Shown here: positions 37,485 to 48,972 of the stretch, piece by piece | Position numbering within the stretch: position 1 is the first letter of the stretch | How the letters are laid out: every line of letters begins with the position of its first letter | Assembly (NCBI GenBank): GCA_017654855.1 | Contig: CM030332.1 | Span: 5,518,001-5,582,000, forward strand | DNA: 64,000 nt | Direction of reading: 5' to 3' | Source: Podospora anserina | Lineage: Eukaryota | The notes under the pieces: generated by a model | The model's input: only the letters and a program-made list of their open reading frames with translations | Told to the model about the DNA's origin: nothing | Databases searched by the model: none | Position numbers and translations under genes: made by a program

Positions 37485-38803
37485 TTAAAGGCGAAGAAGC
37501 TTAACGGCCTGCTGCTCAATCGTCCCCTCAGTAGGGAAACTCATCTCCTCCAGGCCCTGGGCATACGGCGTGGGCACATCAGCACCAGTGACTCTGGCGG
37601 CGGGGGCGTCCAAGTAGTCAAATCCATACTCCATCGTCAACGCCAAAATCTCAGCACTGACGCCAAAAGCAGGGAAGCCAGACTCGACGGCCATCAGACG
37701 GTGCGTCTTCTTGAGCGACTTGATGATCGTCTCGATATCAAGAGGCTTGATCGACCGGAGGTTGATAACCTCGACATCAACACCGTACTTCTTCTTAAGG
37801 TTCTCAGCCGCAACAAGGGACTGCCCGACGCAGCGGGAGAGGGTGACCAGAGTCAAATCCTTGCCGGAGCGCTCAATCTTGGCCTTGCCAAAGGGGATGA
37901 CAAAGTCGTCCTTTTGAGCCTCGGCCGACATGGGGAAGGACTGGCCGTACATGAGCTCGTTCTCGAGGACGACGACGGGGTTGGGGTCGCGGATGGCAGC
38001 TTTGAGGAGGCCCTTGGCGTCTTCGGCGGACCAGGGGGAGACGACCTTGAGACCGGGGATGGACCCGTACCAAGCAGAGAAGTCCTGGGAGTGCTGGGCG
38101 CCGACGCCGGCGGCAAAACCGTTGGGTCCGCGGAAGGTGATGTTGCAGGGCTGGATGCCGCCCGACATGTAGAGGGTCTTGGCGGCCGAGTTGACGATTT
38201 GGTCGATGGCCTGCATGGCGAAGTTCCAGGTCATGAACTCGCACTAGACATTGAAGAAGGCATTGTTAGCGTATGTAGTAGGGCTAATTGAGTTTGGCAT
38301 TGACATTTTTTGACAAGCTGTGGTGGTGGTGGTGGTGTGGTGCAGTGACGGTGATGCGCGCTTGTGGTGGGGGGATGCGGTGCAAAGGCGGGATGCGGGA
38401 TGCTGCTGCAATGTGAGGCACTTACAACTGGGTGCAGACCGCTCAGGGCGGCACCGATGGCCAGACCGGCGAAGCCGGACTCGGTGATGGGTGTGTCGAT
38501 GACACGCTTCTCGCCGAAGCGGTCCAGGAGGTTCTTGGTGACCTTGTATGCGCCATTATACTGGGCAACCTCCTCGCCCAGGATGAAGACCTTGTCGTTC
38601 TGCTCGAGCTCCTCGGCAAGCGCCTCGTTCAGGGCATCGCGGACTGTGTACTCCTTGACGCCGGAGGCGTCGGCATATGTCCGTCTTTGTACGCCGGGGA
38701 TGACGGCGGCCCTGGAGAGGAATGGCGATGCGGTGGCCGGACGGAGGGCGGAGGTCCTCGCCGTGGCAGCAAGGCGAGCCGCTGGTCGGAGATAACGCGA
38801 CAT
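37485..38803 (-). CDS. PDB1: Pyruvate dehydrogenase E1 beta subunit, mitochondrial
   Basis: Exons 38803-38426 and 38243-37485. Motifs [42 protein letters not shown] and GAQHSQ. Confidence 0.97.
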
Positions 38804-39809
38804 GACTTATTTTTTGATGGGGAAAAAAAGAGAATCCACAGGGGCACTAAGTCGCAGGAGGGGAGGGCGGGCTTTGAGTGCTGAGCTCGCTCGATGTCGA
38901 AGGGCCCGCTCGGAAGAGGTTGAGGCACAAACGAGTGCAAGATCCGCGAGGTCCGGAGGAGGAGGGAAAAGTGGTGATGCAAGAGGTGAAGTGAAGGTCA
39001 GCGCCAGAGGGAATTTTTTTGTCCTTTCACCTAATCGATGGAAGCTTGGGACAGCTCAGTCGGACTCTGGAGCGTTGAACCCCAACGACAAATTACGCGC
39101 TAGCTCAGGATCGGCTTAGTGAGCTGAATCCCTGTCCCTGTTCTGGTCCGCGCTCGGGAGCTTGGCCGGCCAAACCCACGCCAAACCTTCCACTTGACAG
39201 CTCCCAGGGGTCCACAGAAGCTGATGCCCAGTGGGGTGTTCAAACACTTATCATGATGAGATTGATAACTCCGAAAGCACATATAAATTGGGAATACTGA
39301 CATGTTGGTATTTGCATTGATGCGGAGCGGTTCGGTAACGTTGGGAACGACACCGGAGTCCTCCCTCCCGGGCATCCGGTGTGCATTCACGCCCGCCGCG
39401 ATATCCTTTTTTTTTCGGGGCTTACCTGGGTGTTACAGCGACCGGCCAAGCAGCGTGGGATTGGGTACCCAGATCTGAAATGCAGTGACCGCAGGACCCG
39501 CAACGGAGAGCTTCGATGCAAAGTTCGACCGAGAAAATGCTGACAAGTCAAAAGTACAAGATGCAAAGGACGAAGGTGGCTTGGGTTCAAACAAATCAAA
39601 TGGTATTATATATACAACGAATGCCGAGCCAAGCCGGGTGCTGTCAGAACCCTAGATGACAACCTCCCATACTCGGTGACTATTATAAGCAATTACAGAT
39701 TTTCTATATCTCCAATCCAGAGGGCCGTTTCCCATCCTTTTCATCCGCATCATTACGCGGCCCTAGGTCATCCAGTCGTGTGTCGAGATCTTCATGCGAG
39801 GGTATCTTT

Positions 39810-41071
39810 TTAGTTGAGGGGCTTCTGGCCGATCATGAGGTACATTGGGGTGAAGAGGTCCTTCTTGGCACCGGCGACGAGACCATCCGCACCCTTGGCG
39901 AGGGCATCGGCCGTCTTCTTGGTACCCTTGGGCGCAAGACCGACCATCTCCAAGAAGCCGGTGAAGACGTGCACGGCACGGCGACCGGCCTTGGTCATGC
40001 GGAGGACGGTGAAGAGATCAAAGTACGACTGCATGTACTTGGTCTCACCAGCAATACCCCAGTACCATGGGATAGGGTCGTCACGCTTGGCAAGATCCTC
40101 GTGGTGGAGGAGGTTGAAGCCAGCATCCTTCATGGCCTGGATACCCTCGGAGATGGTGACCATGTTGGAGATACCGTCACCCTCCTCGATGGCGAGACGG
40201 ATATCCCTGTGCTCGAGGTTGTTGTTGTCGTACTTGTCGGTCATCAACCACTCGTACACACCGAACTTGCCGCCGGGCTTGAGCACTCTGTAGATTTCGC
40301 TATAGACGCCAACAAGCTTGGGGGCGTGGACGGTGGCCTCGATGGCGTAAACGGCATCGAAGGAGTTGTCAGGGAAAGACATTTGCTGATACGAGTTAGC
40401 ACCGTTGCCAGGTAAACGCGACTCCGGAGCCTTGACGTACCATGAAATCACCCTTGACATATTTGAGCTGGCCAGAGAGACCCTCCTTGACGGCGTACCG
40501 GGTGGCGCGCTCAATCTGGTAGTCGTTGTTGTTGAGACCGGTGATGTGGCAGTCGGTGAACTTGGCGATCTCTCTGGCGGGACCACCAATACCGCAACCA
40601 ACATCCAGAACCTTGTCACCGGCCTGGATGCCGATCTTCATGGCGAGGTAGTGCTCGTGACGAGCAATGGCCTGGTAGAAGCTCTCGCCGAGAGAGTAGC
40701 GGCAGAAGTGGAAGGACTGGCCCCAGCCATACTCATACAAATCGGTGGCCAGGTTGTAGTAGTGTCTGGTCAGAGTCGCGTACTCCTTGGTGCGGGCCTG
40801 GATAGGGGTATGGTCAGTACGCGTCTGGAGCGCAAGGTGAACAGCTGATGGGACCCACCTCTCTGTCGGCATCGGTCTCGTTCTCGGCGGTCTTGTTGTC
40901 GAAATGCTTGAAGTACTCGTCAACGGCGACCTTGTTGGCCTCGGTGTCCTTGGAAAGCATGGCAGCGAAACCACCCTTGGCCTCGGTGGACTTGCCGTGC
41001 ATGGCCTTCATGAACTCGGCATCGCGCTTGTGGTCCTCCTTCTCGAGGGCGATTTGGTTGGCGGAAACCAT
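39810..41071 (-). CDS. ERG6: Sterol 24-C-methyltransferase
   Basis: Exons 41071-40859, 40797-40441 and 40385-39810. Motifs [22 protein letters not shown] and [10 protein letters not shown]. Confidence 0.97.
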
Positions 41072-41391
41072 GTTGAATGTTGAATTAGAAGGGAGTGAAT
41101 AGAATAATTAAACCGAGTACTGTTGGAAGAAGCAGACAGGGAGAAGGAAGATGCGCAGAGACAGGGACAACGGGATGATGTAGCGGTGGGCAGGCCTCTA
41201 ATTTATGTAGGGAAAAAGTTTCACGGCCCCTTATTGAAAAGAGCACATGGGGTCGACAGGCCAGCAATCTCCCGGCGCGCTGGAGGGGCGGTAGCTGCCA
41301 CTGAAGCCCCACAGCAAGATCCATCGGATCCAGGAACAAGCAGCGGGAGAACTCGAAAACGCCATATCATTGGTCAATGGATGCACTAATG

Positions 41392-41903
41392 CCGAATACG
41401 GCAACAATTTGGAAGTTGTTCTGCTGTGAGCCAAGCACAACAACCCTCTGATCAATTACATGTGCTCAGGAAACTCGACCCCCTTATTCGCACCCGTACT
41501 CGGGTGTAAAGGCATACAACAGCGACTATGATAATTCTGTGGAGTTTGGAACTTCTGGTGGACATATTGACATATCAGACTAGCAATGCGTGGCCAGCGA
41601 ATACGCATTGGTGTCTTGACTGACAGCTATGCTATGCGGTATGCAGCTGGAGGCGGTATGGCTCTCGCCTAGCAACGGTTGCTGTCAGTTGGTAGAGGTA
41701 TCACAAGAAGCGGTAAAGCATTGACGTGCTTCCTAGAACATCTTCCTCGCTTCGACAGGCTTCGAAGTTCTGCAAGGGAGTGAGAAGAAACATCCAGAGC
41801 ATGTTATCTTGTTTATCGAGATACTTTGTTGATATTGAACATTGAAGTGCGAAATGTGCATCATGCGATGTCGAGGTTCGCGAGTTTTGCGAATACGAAT
41901 ACG
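41392..41903. promoter_or_regulatory. Repeated CGAATACG elements in the ERG6/SLT11 divergent promoter
   Basis: CGAATACG at 41393, 41598 and tandemly at 41890-41903. CCG-N4-CGG at 41392-41401 and 41494-41503. Confidence 0.55.
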
Positions 41904-42229
41904 CTGCCAAGAAACTGTTAGAAAGCTTTGATCACGGCCCTCAGCCACAGCTTGTCGCAATGTGTGGCCACCGATAAGACTTTTATCGGCATTCTCAGAA
42001 CCCCTGCCAAATTTCCAGCCACAACCCGACATCACGTCTATTCATCAGCCTTGTCATCGCTTGCGTTTTTGCTGCAACATCACATCACCCCACGTCGCGC
42101 AGATTTATCATCGACCTCCTTTCACTCTCCACCCTTTGCCATCGCGATACCCCATACCCGATACTCATTGCGAAATACAGTGAAAATACACCACTCGACA
42201 CGTGCGACAGCGGCAAGAGACCGATCAAG

Positions 42230-43393
42230 ATGCCACCACAAATCAAACAAGACCTGAACCGTTCTGGTTGGGAGTCCACCGACTTCCCCTCCGTGTGCGA
42301 AAACTGCCTGCCTACAAATCCCTACGTAAAGATGCTCAAAGAAGACTACGGCGCCGAATGCAAACTCTGTACGAGACCGTTCACCGTCTTCAGCTGGTCC
42401 GGCGAGGGCCGCGCCCACGGTCGCAAGAAGCGCACCAATATCTGCCTGACGTGCGCCCGCCTCAAAAACGCCTGCCAATGCTGCATCATGGACTTACAGT
42501 TCGGCCTACCTATCGTCATCAGAGATAAGGCGCTCGAGCTCATCGCGCCGGGGCCCCAGAGCGAGATCAACAGGGAATATTTTGCGCAAAACAACGAGCA
42601 GGCCATCCAGGAAGGGAGAGCAGGGATCGAGGCATACGAGAAGACCGATGAGAAAGCGAGAGAGCTGCTGAGGAGGCTGGCACAGAGCAAGCCCTACTTC
42701 AGGAAAGGGAAAGAGTTGGATTCGGAGGGCAACGCAGTGTCCGGGGGGCCTTCGGGGAGCGGGAGCGCGACGGGTGGAAATCCGGCCGTTGGAGCCGGGC
42801 TTGGCGGTGCTGGACCGATCCGAACACGAGATTCAAGAGCGGCAGCTGCCCTGGGAGCGAGACCAGGAGGTGGGAAGAGGGGACCAATCCCTGCGAATAC
42901 CCCTCCACCTGGGCCCAAGGACTGGATGCCACCTTCGGATCCGACCATCATGTCGCTCTTCGTAACCGGTATTGAGGACGACCTTCCCGAATATAAGATT
43001 CGGGACTTTTTTAAGTCCTTCGGAAAGATCAAATCCCTGGTGGTGTCGCATATGACCCACTGCGCTTTTGTCAACTACGAGTCTCGCGAAGGAGCCGAGC
43101 AAGCAGCGGCTGAGTGCAAGGGGCGCGCGGTGATTGCCGGCTGTCCTCTTCGAATCCGATGGAGCGTCCCGAAGGCTATTGGAAATATGAACAGGGAGGA
43201 GCGTGGACAGATGCTGCGCGATGGGCGATCTGCCTTCCCTGAGGCCAAGAGGAAGGCCAACCCGAAAGCCATTGAAGGAGGAAGTGGTCAAGAGCAGGGT
43301 TCCTCTGCTCATGGTCAAGACCAGGGTGGACTGCTTGTTGCGCCACCTCCAGGACAGGATGACGTTCAATATGCTAGTCTCGCTGGTAACTAG
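42230..43393 (+). CDS. SLT11: Pre-mRNA splicing factor Slt11/Ecm2/Cwf5 (RBM22 family)
   Basis: Motifs WESTDFPSVCENCL, ECKLCTRPFTVF and CARLKNACQCCIMDLQFGLP. C-terminal RRM (SLFVTG, CAFVNY). Confidence 0.95.
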   Translation: MPPQIKQDLNRSGWESTDFPSVCENCLPTNPYVKMLKEDYGAECKLCTRPFTVFSWSGEGRAHGRKKRTNICLTCARLKNACQCCIMDLQFGLPIVIRDKALELIAPGPQSEINREYFAQNNEQAIQEGRAGIEAYEKTDEKARELLRRLAQSKPYFRKGKELDSEGNAVSGGPSGSGSATGGNPAVGAGLGGAGPIRTRDSRAAAALGARPGGGKRGPIPANTPPPGPKDWMPPSDPTIMSLFVTGIEDDLPEYKIRDFFKSFGKIKSLVVSHMTHCAFVNYESREGAEQAAAECKGRAVIAGCPLRIRWSVPKAIGNMNREERGQMLRDGRSAFPEAKRKANPKAIEGGSGQEQGSSAHGQDQGGLLVAPPPGQDDVQYASLAGN

Positions 43394-43631
43394 GGAGGAA
43401 AAGTCTTTTGTGTTTCTGATTTCGGCAAGGCGTTTGGGAGGCTATCATTGCCACGGGATAGTTTAGGGTACGGGAGATACACCACTGCATCTGCATCATG
43501 TCATGTTATACTATTGTTACGTTGTTGTACACTGAGGGGTATCATAGACGGCTATTCAATACAAGGCGAAACAAAATCGCCAATACGCCGACATCTTTGC
43601 GCATTTGTTCCTGTCCACACATCAACCTCCA

Positions 43632-44084
43632 CTACATCTCAGAGCAGCACTTGACCCCAACCCTTGGGTTCTTGTTTGCAAACTTGATAGACTCGTTGTC
43701 GCCTCTTTCAGTGTGTTCGTGAATCCGGAGCTCTATGTGGTGTGGTTAGCGCCACTCTTTTACTTGAGGGTTGTCGCAAAGGCATTTACTGTATGTGTTA
43801 TCCTCCTGCTTGATACCCTGTACAACGTTGGCCTTCAAGAAAGCGGCAACCTCGTCGGCATGCTTCAGAGCGGGTTCGATCGAGGGGTCCGAGGGAGGGA
43901 GGGTGGCCTTGTCCCGGAAGGCATTACGAATCGACTCGCGGGCACCGGTAAGCATTCGAGTATCGCCTGACAAATAGACTTGTTAGCTAGGCGCACATGT
44001 ACAAAAAACCCATGGACATGACATACCTTCAAAGGCAATCCTCGCGGCGCGCAAGAGGTTTCTGTAGGACTGGATGGCGGCCAT
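43632..44084 (-). CDS. MZM1: Mitochondrial LYR-family Rieske chaperone Mzm1 (LYRM7)
   Basis: Exons 44084-44027, 43966-43790 and 43732-43632. Motifs [25 protein letters not shown] and [17 protein letters not shown]. The ORF track captures this gene only in part. Confidence 0.92.
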
Positions 44085-44387
44085 TGTGATATAGGACAGT
44101 TGCTGCTCAACTCGGACAAGAGGAACAGTTCGAAAAGTTCAAGAACTGCTTCAACATTGCCTGCCCATTGGAAACACCCGAATGGCCTGGAACAACGAGG
44201 TTGATGGGGATGTGGACCTGCATTTCCAGTGCATATGATTGGCCACACAGAACTTAAGGTGGGTCTTCAAAGTGAACGGCCCAAAAAAAATCCAGAAGTT
44301 CACCAAAAAAAAAGTGCCCCTCCACCCCAAGTCAACTTTGGATCTCTCCAACAGCCTGTCGCTTTTGCAGAACCAAACACCGCAAAA

Positions 44388-45789
44388 ATGGCCACTCCCA
44401 TCGTTGTACCAACCCCTCTCCTCGCCCTCCCTGAGGGCTGGACTGCCGAGAAGGACATCAAGACCGTCGGCAAGCTCAGCGGTGCCACCCAGCGCACCCT
44501 CGAGCCCGTCGGTCCCTACTTCCTGGCCCATGCCCGCCGTGCCCGCCACAAGCGCACCTTCTCCGAGGATGACCGCATCCAGGCTCAAGAAAGGGCCAAG
44601 AAGGTCGAGAACGATGAGGACAGCGAGATCAGCGAGCCCGAGGATCCTATGATGCTCGCCCGCGATGCCAAGGACTGGAAGGTTGGTGGTTCACTTGTCT
44701 GTGGTCAAAATAGAATGGCACTAACCCGATTTTTCTCCAACATAGCAACAAGACCACTACAAGGTTCTCGGTCTCTCCAAGTACCGCTGGAAGGCTACCG
44801 AGGAGCAGATCAAGCGTGCCCACCGCAAGAAGGTCCTCAAGCACCACCCCGATAAGAAGGCCGCCGCCGGTCGCACCGACGACGACAACTTCTTCAAGTG
44901 CATCCAGAAGGCCACCGAGGTTCTTCTCGACCCCATCAAGCGCCGCCAGTTCGACTCCGTCGACGAGGAGGCCGATGTCGAGCCCCCCACCAAGAAGCAG
45001 CTGCAGAAGGGCAACTTCTACAAGCTCTGGGGCAACGTCTTCAAGTCTGAGGCCCGCTTCAGCAAGATCCACCCCGTTCCCATGCTTGGTGACGACAAGT
45101 CCACCAGGGAAGAGGTCGAGAACTTCTACAACTTCTGGTACAGCTTCGACTCCTGGAGGTCGTTCGAGTACCTCGACGAGGATGTTCCCGATGACAACGA
45201 AAACCGTGACCAAAAGCGCCACACCGAGCGCAAGAACGCCAACGCCCGCAAGAAGAAGAAGGCTGAGGACAACGCCCGTCTCCGCAAGCTTCTCGACGAC
45301 TGCTCTGCTGGTGACGAGCGCATCAAGCGTTTCCGCCAGGAGGCCAATGCCGCCAAGAACAAGAAGCGTCTCGAGAGGGAGGCTGCTGAGAAGAAGGCTG
45401 CTGAGGATGCTAAGGCTGCCAAGGAGGCTGCTGAGAAGGCGGCTAAGGAGGCCGAGGAGAAAGCCAAGGCTGACCGTGAGGCCAACAAGAAGGCCAAGGA
45501 AGCGGCCAAGAACGCCGTCAAGAAGAACAAGCGCGTTCTCCGTGGCTCAGTCAAGGACGCCAACTACTTTGCCGAGGGTGATGCTTCTCCTGCCACTATC
45601 GATGCCGTCCTCGGTGACGTCGAGCTCATCCAGGGCAAGATTGAGCCTGAGGAGATTGCCGCTCTTGCTAGCAAGCTCAACGGCCTGAAGGTTGCTGATG
45701 AGATCAAGAGTGTCTGGAAGGCCGAGGCCGAGAGGCTCATCGGTGCTGGCAAGATCAAGGAGGGCGAGATCAAGGCTTTCACTGCCTAG
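44388..45789 (+). CDS. ZUO1: Zuotin, ribosome-associated J-protein
   Basis: Exons 44388-44681 and 44746-45789. Motifs LEPVG, DWKQQDHYKVLGL, J-domain HPD, FDSWRSFEYLDED and a charged coiled coil. Confidence 0.97.
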
Positions 45790-45909
45790 ATGTGGTGTTT
45801 ATAAGCGTTCGCGCATGAGCATATGGAGGTGGGGATGATACCATGATGACTGATGGATAGACAAATAGATGGCTTGGCCAATAGAGCGAAGACAGTACCT
45901 AATATTTGA

Positions 45910-46790
45910 CTACCATACTTGTGCGACGAAAGAAAATGATTGACATGGAATACGATCTAACAGGACCTGTATTTCCTTCCATTCGTGGCCTGGCGTCCTG
46001 CCCTTTCGACAAGAACCAAAAATCGCAAGACCAGACGACCCCTGAAAGCCTCCGCCACTTCGAGCCCGGGCAACCTCCCTGCTACCACTGCTGCTACTGC
46101 TGCCACCGCTAGTCCCGACATTTTCTTCCGCTTGTTGTCTTCTCTCCCCCTCCAGCTCGGCCTGTTTCCTGAAGCACTCCATCCGCTCCTCTTCGTTCTT
46201 TTTCGACTCTTGCGCCGACTTTTCTTTATAACCCTGCTCGGCACGATGCGACCTGTACAAGCACTGCTTCCAATTGTCTTTTTGTCTCTCTTGAGGGGTC
46301 GCTAGGAAGAGGGCGTATGGCATCATCCGCTCTCCGTTCGTCTTGTCCTGTTCCGTTGGTGTGCTGTTGAACTTTTGTCTGAGTCTACCCACGAGTGTGG
46401 TCCGGCCAAGGGGGACGACGGGGACGACGGGGACGACGGGGATTCCAAGAGTGGCGTGTATCATGAAGCTGGTCCGTTCGCAGAGGGACATCTGGGATAG
46501 GGCGGGGTGGTTGGTGGGGAGGGCGGCGCAGATGCGGTCTGGGCCGGGGATGCTGGTTCCTGGGTTGTGGAGGGGGAGGCTGGCGACGTCGTGGATCCAG
46601 GAGAGGAGGCAAGAGAGAGGGGCATGATGGGGCGGGAGGGGGGAAGGGCGAGGGAGGTGCAGTACCAGAGGCCGTGAGGCTTTTTCTTGTCTTCTTTGGA
46701 GAAGTCCTGGAAAATGAAGGCGAGGCTTTGGTCTTGGAGAGATTTGAAGTGTTGGGTGAGGTGGGGTTGTGGATTGCAAGCTGGATCCAT
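45910..46790 (-). pseudogene. Frameshifted orphan gene (or homopolymer assembly error)
   Basis: The ATG frame at 46790 (MDPACNPQ...HGLWYCTSLAL) appears to continue in another frame (SCLLSWIHDVASLP...DNWKQCLYR) near 46620-46650. The C-rich-to-G-rich skew matches neighbouring genes. It contains a 9-bp x3 repeat (PVVPVVPVVP). Confidence 0.4.
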
Positions 46791-47486
46791 TGTGATGGTA
46801 AGGTAGTGTTCAAGAAAATAGGGAGAGTGTAGGCCATGGGAGACAGGTGGACGAGTAAGTGTCTAAGGGTAGGCTGTCTTTATACCTGAGAGGTTGAAGA
46901 ATTTTGCTATGACTTGAGTTACTATACCAGACATGGCGAAACCTGTTGGCAACTGCTAGTGTCGTGACTACATAGGAGAAAAAGAGACCCAACGAAGATT
47001 GAACTCCTGGTGGTCCGTGATTGAGAACACATGCGTGTATACAAGAGACGAAGCAGGCATCAAGGTACTTCGTCAACCGCCTTACCCCTTGAAACAATGT
47101 TAACTCAGTCATTGTTGACGATGTGAAACTATCACCACCGTCGGTGTGGCCGAGATGGTTCAACTTTGAGTGGCAATTCGACTCGCTAAAACATATTGTT
47201 CTAGATCACCTCGCCACCGTTGTTGTATTCGTCCCAATTGCTTGCTAGATACCCAGACACATATACTCTGGCTACTTAGGTAGTAAAAAAGCTGCTACCA
47301 TTTGCTTGCTTGTATACCAACGTTACGAGACTCTGACATGCAACTTTTGCTGCAGGCTAAGTGGAATCGCTAAATACCTATCCAGAATATCAGCTACCTA
47401 CCCTACCCATATATTGTTGGTAAAGCTCACCTTGACCACCAATTTCCAGAGATGTAGATACCTAAAAGCTGTCTTGCCTACCAACA

Positions 47487-48480
47487 CTACACGTTATAGC
47501 TCTCTACCCAATACCCCTCCCTCCATCTCACCTCCTCCTCTCTCCTCCTCCTCCTTCTCATTGCCTCTTCTCTCATCCTCCTCCTTCGCGCCTCCTCCTC
47601 CCTCTTTCTCTTCCACCACCGTCTTCTAGCCTCCTCCTCCCTTCTCCTTCTTTTCCTATTCTCATGCTCCGGTTGACCGCCCAGACTAACAACATCAGAC
47701 ATCCAGTTCAACATCTGCCCCGACGCAGGCTGTCGTTCCTCAGCATCACTCCCTTGATTGAAACAGAGCGAAAAAGGCGCATTCACCCAAACCCACTCCC
47801 CTCATCAATCGGCCGTCTATACCCCGCTGTTGAATCCCGGGTTCTATCTTGCAGCACTGCAAGACCCTCTGACAGTAGGTGGAGCCGGGTGCGGGCTCTG
47901 CCGTCGTCAACGTAGTCGGAATTGGTAAAGTACCCGGGGATGGTGTGCTCAAAGGGGGTATCCTCCCTATCCCAGTAGGTAGTCAGGTGGTCAATTAGAT
48001 TGATACCCCTGATCCTTCCCCTTTCCGGCGGCAACGACGGCGTTTGTTGAAGGTGTGGGAGATGACTTCTTTGCTTTCGGTCTTGGAGGGGGTGGGGTGG
48101 TCGGCTAGCCATTAGAAGCAGATTGCTGCGAGGAGGGTCCCGGAGGAGGGAGAGGAGGGTTTTGACTCGACAACGAGGTAGAGGGAGGTGCAGTCCGAGA
48201 TGCAGTGGCTTTGTGTACTGGCTTAGGAGGTTTCGGAACGTGCGGTAGTCTAGGTGGAGGCGGCGGTCGTGGGAGAGGTCCGGGAAGATGTGGTTCCATA
48301 TGGGGAGGTCGAGGTTGGCGGGGAGGGAGAGGCTGAGGAGGGCGGGCAGGTCGGATTGTTGGGCGAAGCGGACGTGGATGTTTGTTTGTGATGTCAGGGT
48401 TGGCAAGACGGTTGTTGGTGACGGTGTGAGCAGGGATGTAGGTGTCAGGTTTGGGTCTTCTGTGGTGGGTGCGGGACATG
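47487..48480 (-). pseudogene. Decayed GNAT acetyltransferase
   Basis: GNAT elements lie in order across three frames: IHVRFAQQSDLPALL; YLVVESK...GTLLAAICF*W; RLHLLSEGLAV; IEPGIQQRGIDGRLMR (motif A, Q/RxxGxG-like). Confidence 0.6.
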
Positions 48481-48972
48481 CTGGCGGTTGGTTGGATGGT
48501 GTGATGGGAATGTGTTGGTGATCAAAATGAGAGAAGTTCGTCTTCAACGAAAATTCAAGTACAGCTTAGACACAACATAAATATCGGGGTAAACAAGAAT
48601 GGACTGGAATGATGATTGGTAGGTGATCAAATGGGAACAGATGTGAACCAACTCCAAGCTGAAGATATATGCTGGCTGTTAACAAAGAGGCCAGTCACTG
48701 GGCTACATGTGAAATATCACCAGATAAAAGTTACAGGTGCCACAGGCCCAACAACGTAGTAGACTCAGAGAGCGATATGACAACTGCAGAGCAGTCCACA
48801 ATTTTGAAGAGCAGGTGTCGGGCAAACAAACCAAAGGCAAACACTCAGGCAACAACAAACACCCATTTCACAACAAGAACAAGCTGTATTCACTCCCCGT
48901 CAATCACAATGAATTCAAAACTTCCCAACTATCTCCAATCCAAAGCATCTTCACAGCCGGCCCCTTAACCAA

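Noticed and set aside
31066..45782. Many 100-250 aa ORFs antisense or out of frame to SLC35F, PDB1, ERG6, SLT11 and ZUO1
   Set aside because: Expected from strong codon bias. They show no independent motifs.
47487..47786. Spok-like coiled-coil repeat
   Set aside because: Only an R/E low-complexity tail. No Spok nuclease or kinase sequence follows.
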